Translations under genes and position numbers: made by a program
Source of the DNA: an uncultured Chitinophagaceae bacterium
Lineage (GTDB): Bacteria > Bacteroidota > Ignavibacteria > UBA10030 > UBA8401
Length of the DNA: 62,969 nucleotides
Reading direction: 5' to 3'
Assembly: GCA_964361075.1 (NCBI GenBank)
Contig: CAYHZL010000001.1
Span: 1 to 62,969 of the forward strand
Notes under the pieces: model-generated
What the model was told of the DNA's origin: nothing
Seen by the model: the letters and a program-made list of their open reading frames with translations, nothing else
Databases searched by the model: none
In this document: piece after piece, positions 28,874 to 35,212 of the stretch
Numbering within the stretch: the first letter of the stretch is position 1
How the letters are laid out: each line of letters begins with the position of its first letter

Positions 28874-29138
28874 ACTGATGTTACGCAAAAACACTTTATT
28901 GCAGAAATTCGCCGCGGCGAACATAATAGCCCCGTGCTTCTCAGCCAGAGGCTGATGAGCCTTCGGCTCAAGTACGGGGTAAGGAAATTTTCCAAAAATA
29001 TTTTGGGTTTTAACCCATTAATAAGATGTTGTTGGGCTAAAGCCCGTAAAGGTGGAGTGTATTTCACAACCCCGATTCGCCGCGGCGAATCGGGGCTTCT
29101 AATGGTGCCACAAATCTGGTTTTCTGCGTAACATCAGT
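28874..29138. mobile_element. MITE-like element, family B copy 2 (TIR ACTGATGTTACGCA / TGCGTAACATCAGT) flanked by TA
   Basis: 14-bp perfect terminal inverted repeats with TA outside both ends (28872-28873 and 29139-29140). Its cargo is two TTCGCCGCGGCGAA copies (28908-28921 and 29076-29089, the latter inside the 26-bp palindrome CCCCGATTCGCCGCGGCGAATCGGGG) and several nested hairpins. The track ORF 28817..29131 is spurious. Confidence 0.65.
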
Positions 29139-29244
29139 TATTAAAATACATTGTTTGTCTCTACAATACATTTTCAGAAGCAACCGCTGCATCTGTTGCA
29201 GAAGAAGACGTTTCCTCTATCAGTAGTCCAATTTATCAGTGTGT

Positions 29245-29411
29245 ATCAGTCAAATCCGTGTTTCGCCGCGGCGAATGTTCTATTTTTTCTAACCGCTGAG
29301 TAGCGCGTTCAGTACGCCTTCGGCGAATTTTTTTCAAAGAAAGTAACTCGAAATTTTCAATTTTTAACCTCTTGATTTATTTGAGGTTACAACGAGTTAC
29401 TTAGGAGTTAC
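29245..29411. repeat. Composite repeat sharing modules with 45866-46117
   Basis: 29245-29303 is identical (59 nt, by eye) to 46059-46117. 29294-29411 is an inverted, loop-expanded counterpart of 45866-45944. Confidence 0.7.
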
Positions 29412-29418
29412 AAAAGAT

Positions 29419-29589
29419 TTAATGTTTCTTAAATTCATCTTCACCGATTTTTTTGCTCTCGGTAATAGTGATGTAAAAATCTTTTTCCGACTTTGTTGAT
29501 TTTACATCGAAAAAGTATGTGCGTTTGCCGGCGCGTACACATCTTGAAAAAAATTCATCGCCATAACTTTTGTTTTCCAAAAACGACAT
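29419..29589 (-). CDS. Short PUR-like / DUF3276-like protein, possibly truncated (below the ORF-track cutoff)
   Basis: Hand translation gives MSFLENKSYGDEFFSRCVRAGKRTYFFDVKSTKSEKDFYITITESKKIGEDEFKKH then a stop. The VRAGKRTYFFDVK...ITESKK core matches my memory of the Bacteroidetes DUF3276 (PUR-alpha-like) family. That family normally continues (KHKIFLYKEDF...), whereas here a TAA follows KKH and a repeat element starts 8 nt later. Confidence 0.45.
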   Translation of the reverse strand: MSFLENKSYGDEFFSRCVRAGKRTYFFDVKSTKSEKDFYITITESKKIGEDEFKKH

Positions 29590-29678
29590 TCTTCCAAAAA
29601 AATTATTTGGAATAGAGCGGGTTACTTGTTAACAATATCTTCTTCTGTACAACAACATTGTTTCTCGAACAGCGCCTG

Positions 29679-31946
29679 TTATTTTCGTATCACTGCAACT
29701 TTCGCTGCGGCTACTTGACTCCCATTTTGTGTGTACACAACAAATAAATAAATACCGCTGGCAACATATTCGCCGTTGGATTTTTTTCCATTCCAAAACG
29801 CGCGTCCGCCGCCTTGAGCAGAAAATTGATTGACAAGCGTACCGTTAATCGTCAACACTTTCACCATTGAATCATCAACAAGTCCGCGAATCATAACCGA
29901 GCCGGAATTGGGAATAAGAAACGGGTTGGGTGCAACTTCAATTGTTGCATATTTTTCAACTGATGCCGTTGCCGCAATTTCCATACTCGATAATCCTTTT
30001 TCCGTACCGAAATATGCTATACCTCGTTTCATATCAAACGCAATCGCAAGAACATTATTGTCAACTAATTTACCATTCGTATTCTCAACTGTGTACTGAT
30101 TAAGCAGCGTTGTTCCATCAGGCGAAAGAACAAAAATACCCCGCGGCGTACCCAGCCATTTATTATTTAAAGGATCAATCGCAATGCAGGTGATGTATTG
30201 ATCTCGCAAATTAGGATTTAAAACTTTACTGATGCGCTTCAATGGTTGTTGCGGATCCGTAATAATGGTTACACCGGATGTTGTTGACATCCACACCGCT
30301 CCGTCTTTATCAACAACAATAGATGTAATTGCTGTTTCTGTTATACCGTCGCTTTTCGAAATCGTTCCCCACCCGTCAGAGGTTCCAGCAATATTGATCG
30401 ACTCATTAAAGAACACTGCTTTCGGTGCAAGCCGATCTGAAGGAAGAAAATCAGGAAAGACATTAACAAACCATTTTGTATTATTGCGATCAATGACAGT
30501 ACCAAGCATCGCTTTGTATCCGTTTGCGCCGGCGGGATATGGCTCCCATAATGAATCGGGTTTCATTTTCCATATTGCTTTTGAAGAAACTGATGCTTCA
30601 AATACTGTCGTCCATGGGTTTCCAAATCTATCTGTTGCCACAGTTCCCGCAACAATGTAATTGTTATTTTCCGGAGTACCGATAAAACCAGCGTTTGTTC
30701 TATTAAACACTCTTGCAACATCACCTTTGGAGTTTACTAAAATTAAACCTGCACCCCATGTTGAAATCCATTTTGAATTATTTGCGCCCAGTGCAATGGA
30801 AAAACAATCATTAGATGGAATTGACGGCGTTGTTGCAATATTATAATTTTTCCACTCTTTGCCGTTATAGCTATAGAAACCTTTGCCCAATCCTTTGCCG
30901 CCTACTCCGCCGGATGTGCACCACACTGTGTTATTTTCATCTATTACGATGGAAGAAAAATAATTCGACGCAGGACCGTTCGGTGCCACAACTTTCCATT
31001 GCGATCGAGTTGGATTTAAGAAGCCAAGCCCTGTTTCAATAAGCCCGACAAATAGTGTTGAAGAGTTTTGTAATGTGCCGCACGAAATTCCGCCGGGTGC
31101 TGCAACGGAGTATGGTTGTATTGTTTGAGCTGTGCTGAAAGTAAAAATTGTCCTGCCATCGGTATAATACAAAACCGTATCAGTTGATGCTAACGTCCGA
31201 ACAGCAGAATTAATTCCATTTATTTTTGTCCACACACCATTGTTGAATGTTAAAAACCCTTGCCCTGAACCGACATAAATTTTTCCGTGGAACTCGTTAA
31301 TTGAGTAGCCGTCATTAATTGACGGATATGTATCCCACGATTCAGGCGCTGCAAGATTTGTTGCGCCAATTTTTGAAACAGCAATTCCTTGTGTGGTAAT
31401 CGCCCATATTTTTTTTTCAGAAAAAATTGCCGCTCCAACACTTGGCTGTGCCAATGCGCCTAAATTGCTATACGTGTCGCTAAATTCAAACTTTGAAATG
31501 GAAAAAAGTGAAATACCAAAATCTGTCGAGATGTAGAGCGAATCGCCCTGCATGAAAAAATTGCGAATTGATTTATGTACTTTTGTCGAAAGAATAATAT
31601 CGCGAACGTACCGCCATGTTTGTGTGGATGGCGAATACACATCAATCGCACCGGAATTTTGCCCGATCCATACAGAACCATATTTATCAATTGCCAGCGC
31701 TGTTATATTGTTGCTTGAAAGACCTTCGGAGTTTGAAAATTTTTGGAAGGATGAATCTGAAATCCGGTATCGAAACACACCGCCCGATGTTCCGCACCAT
31801 ACGTCATTCGCTGTTGAGGCTATTGCGGTAATATTTTTCATATCGGTGAAATTTTTCCATTCACCAATTGCCGCAAAACATTTTTCTGTGTATATCGTCA
31901 TGCATAACAACACACTGCAATAGACCAGCACGAAATTTTGCTTCAT
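29679..31946 (-). CDS. Secreted beta-propeller protein (two-component-regulator propeller repeats) with a T9SS C-terminal sorting domain
   Basis: Repeated W-x-G-T-x-x-G motifs (VWCGTSGGVF, VWIGQNSGAI, KWLGTPRGIF, AYFGTEKGL). The C-terminal ~90 aa look Por_Secre_tail-like (APNPF...GIYLFVV...KVAVIRK). The start is set to M8 (MKQNFVLVYCSVLL signal peptide). Confidence 0.75.
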   Translation of the reverse strand: MKQNFVLVYCSVLLCMTIYTEKCFAAIGEWKNFTDMKNITAIASTANDVWCGTSGGVFRYRISDSSFQKFSNSEGLSSNNITALAIDKYGSVWIGQNSGAIDVYSPSTQTWRYVRDIILSTKVHKSIRNFFMQGDSLYISTDFGISLFSISKFEFSDTYSNLGALAQPSVGAAIFSEKKIWAITTQGIAVSKIGATNLAAPESWDTYPSINDGYSINEFHGKIYVGSGQGFLTFNNGVWTKINGINSAVRTLASTDTVLYYTDGRTIFTFSTAQTIQPYSVAAPGGISCGTLQNSSTLFVGLIETGLGFLNPTRSQWKVVAPNGPASNYFSSIVIDENNTVWCTSGGVGGKGLGKGFYSYNGKEWKNYNIATTPSIPSNDCFSIALGANNSKWISTWGAGLILVNSKGDVARVFNRTNAGFIGTPENNNYIVAGTVATDRFGNPWTTVFEASVSSKAIWKMKPDSLWEPYPAGANGYKAMLGTVIDRNNTKWFVNVFPDFLPSDRLAPKAVFFNESINIAGTSDGWGTISKSDGITETAITSIVVDKDGAVWMSTTSGVTIITDPQQPLKRISKVLNPNLRDQYITCIAIDPLNNKWLGTPRGIFVLSPDGTTLLNQYTVENTNGKLVDNNVLAIAFDMKRGIAYFGTEKGLSSMEIAATASVEKYATIEVAPNPFLIPNSGSVMIRGLVDDSMVKVLTINGTLVNQFSAQGGGRAFWNGKKSNGEYVASGIYLFVVYTQNGSQVAAAKVAVIRK

Positions 31947-32069
31947 TACCGCCACGCGCTCTGCCATAGATAGTTTCCTCCTACTTTATATTTAGAATGT
32001 TGAACAATAAAAAAGTAGAAATGAAACGATCTCTTCTCCGTAATTAATATTCTATTACAAAATATATTT

Positions 32070-32230
32070 ATGAGTCCGCTCTAAAAAGGTTCTCTTGAGT
32101 GATGTCATTGCGATCCGCCGCAGGCGGAGAAGCAATCTCTTGAATTTAAGCTGGTTCCAAAAGATTGCTTCGTCTCCGCCTGCGGCGGATCCTCGCAATG
32201 ACGATAAAAGCCTTTTTAGAGCGGACTCAT
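32070..32230. repeat. 161-bp multi-level nested palindrome
   Basis: The outer arms are perfect over 20 bp (ATGAGTCCGCTCTAAAAAGG at 32070-32089, CCTTTTTAGAGCGGACTCAT at 32211-32230). Inside them are the stems GTCATTGCGA/TCGCAATGAC, CCGCCGCAGGCGGAG/CTCCGCCTGCGGCGG and GAAGCAATCT/AGATTGCTTC. A solo outer half-arm lies at 45828-45846. Confidence 0.75.
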
Positions 32231-32233
32231 TTA

Positions 32234-33070
32234 TTATTTCGAGTTTGTAGAAAACAAACGCCGCTTCATCATCGTTACGCGCGATTCATCTACATAGTAC
32301 GAACCGAGCACAACATCATCATTTTTTTTACCGCCATGGAAATCCGAACCACCGCTCTCCAATAAAAAATATTCGCTGACTACACCGCGGTAATGCGCAA
32401 CACGTTCTTGCGTGTGCGATGGATGAATAACTTCAATACCATCTAATCCGGTTTTAATTAAATGCTGAACCATTTCATCGGTGGTATAACGACCGGGATG
32501 AGCAAGAAACGACAATCCGCCAGCCGAAGAAATTAGCTTTACTGCTTCAAACGGTGATACTTGAAATTTTTTTTCAAACGCAGGACAACCGTTGCCAATA
32601 AGTTTATCAAACGCTTCTTGATATGTACTCGTAAAACCTTCTTCAAGTAAAGCCGTAGCAATATGCGGTCTTCCAACAGAACCAACACCTGCACGCTCCA
32701 TCACCGATTCAATTCTTAAAGGAACATTAAGACTATTCAATTTATCAACAATGCGTTCGGCTCGTTTTATTCTTTCAAGGCGAAAAAATTTTAAATGATC
32801 GAGAAACGTTTGATTCTTGTAATCGAGGAAGTAACCGAGAATATGAATATCTTTATCATCCAACGCAGCACTTAATTCAACACCGGGAATAACTTCGACA
32901 CCAAATTCTTTTCCGTATTCAATTGCATCGGGAAAGGCATCTACACTATCATGATCTGTAATGCTGATAATAGAAAGTCCGGCCATTGCACACTTTTTTA
33001 CAAGCTCGTATGGGGAGAACACGCCATCCGAGCATGTTGTGTGTGTATGTAAATCTGCTTTTACTACCAT
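32234..33070 (-). CDS. PHP-domain metal-dependent phosphoesterase
   Basis: 278 aa with the N-terminal ADLHTHTTCSDG motif and later His/Asp ligands (ITDHDS, LAHPGR, GGSDFHG). Confidence 0.85.
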   Translation of the reverse strand: MVVKADLHTHTTCSDGVFSPYELVKKCAMAGLSIISITDHDSVDAFPDAIEYGKEFGVEVIPGVELSAALDDKDIHILGYFLDYKNQTFLDHLKFFRLERIKRAERIVDKLNSLNVPLRIESVMERAGVGSVGRPHIATALLEEGFTSTYQEAFDKLIGNGCPAFEKKFQVSPFEAVKLISSAGGLSFLAHPGRYTTDEMVQHLIKTGLDGIEVIHPSHTQERVAHYRGVVSEYFLLESGGSDFHGGKKNDDVVLGSYYVDESRVTMMKRRLFSTNSK

Positions 33071-33073
33071 AGT

Positions 33074-33757
33074 TTATGTGTGTTGCGATTTAAAACTTTC
33101 GTAATCAACAATGATGAGTTTGTTCCCTTGTAATTGAAGGTGACCTTTGCGGATATATTTATGAATCATTCTTGAAATAGTCTCACGTGAAGTGCCCGCC
33201 ATATTTGCCAAATCTTGTTGCAGAGGAAGTTCGTCAATTTCCACTCTTCCTTTTCTGAACATGCCGATTTCATCAGCAAGCTGCAGAATAACATTGGCAA
33301 CACGTCCGGATGCATCTTTCAGCGAAAGACTTTTAATTTGCGAATCAGCTTTTCGTAAACGCCCGGTGAGTTCTTTCATCAGCGCAATTGAAACTTTGGG
33401 ATAGTCAGCAAGCAGCCGTAAAAAATCACCGCGGTGAATCATAAATAATTCTGACTTTGCAGTTGCAACAACGCTCGCCGAACGCGTTAACCCGTCAAGA
33501 ATTGCCATCTCACCAAAAAAATCACTCACACCTAAAATTGAAAGAATCACTTCACGTCCATCATCATCCATTCTTACAATTTTTACTTTGCCTTCTATAA
33601 TAACAAATAACGCCGCGCCGGTTTCTTCTTCAAGAAGAATAATGCTTCCTTTTTTATATTTTTTTCTAACACCAAGCGCAGCAATTTTATCTAAATCAAG
33701 GTCGTTGAGTTCATTAAAAATCGGAGCGTTGCGTAAAAAAACTGATTCTTCTGTCAT
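33074..33757 (-). CDS. Crp/Fnr family transcriptional regulator
   Basis: 227 aa with a cNMP-binding beta-roll (FFGEMAIL...RSASV) and a C-terminal HTH (QDLANMAGTSRETISRMI). Confidence 0.9.
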   Translation of the reverse strand: MTEESVFLRNAPIFNELNDLDLDKIAALGVRKKYKKGSIILLEEETGAALFVIIEGKVKIVRMDDDGREVILSILGVSDFFGEMAILDGLTRSASVVATAKSELFMIHRGDFLRLLADYPKVSIALMKELTGRLRKADSQIKSLSLKDASGRVANVILQLADEIGMFRKGRVEIDELPLQQDLANMAGTSRETISRMIHKYIRKGHLQLQGNKLIIVDYESFKSQHT

Positions 33758-33829
33758 GCACTCACCTTTTCGTTGAAATAGTTGAGGTGTTTTTTAGGAA
33801 ATTCCACAAAAAACCACGTGAGAAATATA

Positions 33830-33854
33830 GCTTGACTTGTGATGAAAGTCAAGC
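33830..33854. promoter_or_regulatory. Palindrome GCTTGACT-N9-AGTCAAGC upstream of the Crp/Fnr gene
   Basis: 8-bp perfect arms (33830-33837 and 33847-33854) with a TGTGA-containing spacer, about 85 nt upstream of the regulator start. It could be an operator or the terminator of the upstream gene. Confidence 0.3.
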
Positions 33855-33882
33855 CACAGTCCAAAACAAAAAAATTTTTGCG

Positions 33883-35034
33883 TTATGGTGAACTGATAAA
33901 GCAGTATACTATTTTATCTTCTGCAGCAATCAGAATTCTATTTCCCCACACAATCGGTGAAGTTTTTATTCGCGAACCAATTTCGTAACTCCACAGTACG
34001 CTGCCATCTTGCGGCGAAAGAACATACATGCGTGTATCCAACGATGCAACAATTATTGCAGTCGGTGTTATGGCAGGCGTTGTGTTGACGGCGCTTTTTG
34101 CTTGAAATGTCCATCGTGCTGTGCCATCGCGAAGTGAAAGAGCATGCACCATTCCATTAAGTGAACTGACAACAACAAGCGAATCATTAAGAGCAGGAGT
34201 CGACATTATTTTAGCGCCGGCATTATATTTCCAAAGTACAGATCCGTTCAATGCATCAACTGCATATAAAAAATTATCGCGCGCGCCAAAATAAAGAATG
34301 CCGTTCTTTACAGTAAGTCCGCTCATAATAGAGGAATGAATTTCCTGTTTCCACACACATGTTCCATTCTTTTCGTGAAGGGCAAAAATTGTTCCTTTGG
34401 TATTTGCTGCAAACACCAACGAATGCTCTGCGCACGCCGAAGAAAATATCGGCACACCGGTTTCATATTTCCATTGTGCTGCACCATCAAGCGGATCAAA
34501 ACAATACAATGTGCCGTCGCCGCCGCCAATAAATATTTTTCCGTTATACAACAATGGCGATGCCGTTACTCCGCCGATATTTTTACTCCACCTTTCAGAA
34601 CCATCCTTTACATCGTATGAAATAAAATTTTCCTTTCCGGTTTCTGTTCCAAAATAAATATTGTTTTTGAAAATAACCGGCGCACCGGAAATTGACGAGT
34701 GTGTTTTAAGATACCCAAAACGTTTTCCTGTGAGTGCAGAAATCGCATACAATTCACCTTGCAGTGTTCCAAAAAATACAACGCTGTCTACAACGGTGAG
34801 CGCACTGTTGCCAAATCCTGCAGTTGCATCGTACTGCCACAGCAACTGAAACGGCGGTCGTACAACTGAAGTTGAATCAAAAGAAGTGCGCGATGTATTT
34901 TTTCCTGCCATACTCCAATCGCTCGCAGAGTGTTCAAGAGGAAAAGGAATTTGTATTGAAGAACAGGATACAATGAAAAATAAAGAATGGAGTACACATA
35001 CTGCGAGTACTATCTTTGTGAAGAAATTCTTCAT
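33883..35034 (-). CDS. PQQ-like beta-propeller lipoprotein (BamB-like)
   Basis: Repeated L-W-x-Y motifs (LLWQYDA, AQWKYETG, VLWKYNAG, VLWSYEIG). The start is moved to M12 (MKNFFTKIVLAVCVLHSLFFIVSC lipobox-like), because the first 11 track codons lie inside repeat element C. Confidence 0.72.
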   Translation of the reverse strand: MKNFFTKIVLAVCVLHSLFFIVSCSSIQIPFPLEHSASDWSMAGKNTSRTSFDSTSVVRPPFQLLWQYDATAGFGNSALTVVDSVVFFGTLQGELYAISALTGKRFGYLKTHSSISGAPVIFKNNIYFGTETGKENFISYDVKDGSERWSKNIGGVTASPLLYNGKIFIGGGDGTLYCFDPLDGAAQWKYETGVPIFSSACAEHSLVFAANTKGTIFALHEKNGTCVWKQEIHSSIMSGLTVKNGILYFGARDNFLYAVDALNGSVLWKYNAGAKIMSTPALNDSLVVVSSLNGMVHALSLRDGTARWTFQAKSAVNTTPAITPTAIIVASLDTRMYVLSPQDGSVLWSYEIGSRIKTSPIVWGNRILIAAEDKIVYCFISSP

Positions 35035-35169
35035 TAGTCGAACCTTAAAAAATGCGAGTGATGCCATGAGTGTAATACAATGATTCAGAAATAATTCAAA
35101 TTTTCACGTTCTTGATAAACAAACTCATGGCATCACTTTGTACATAAGACTTTTTAAGGAACGACTAAT
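35035..35169. repeat. Palindromic element, family C, copy 1
   Basis: A 117-bp core (35044-35160) matches 51740-51856 with one mismatch by eye. The terminal inverted repeats are TTAGTCGAACCTTAAAAA / TTTTTAAGGAACGACTAA, and the internal long stem is GAGTGATGCCATGAG / CTCATGGCATCACT. It abuts the start codon of the BamB-like gene. Confidence 0.8.
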
Positions 35170-35212
35170 TAGTTTTACAGTGCTCATTATGAATTGAGAA
35201 TCGTTCATTGAA

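Noticed and set aside
28930-28979. A possible hammerhead ribozyme, because of a CUGAUGAG box followed by a GC hairpin (CCCCGTGCTTCTCAGCCAGAGGCTGATGAGCCTTCGGCTCAAGTACGGGG)
   Set aside because: After the stem II-like hairpin the sequence reads CAAG instead of the conserved GAAA. No properly placed cleavage triplet or stem I/III arrangement could be drawn. It is more simply another nested hairpin module inside the family B element.
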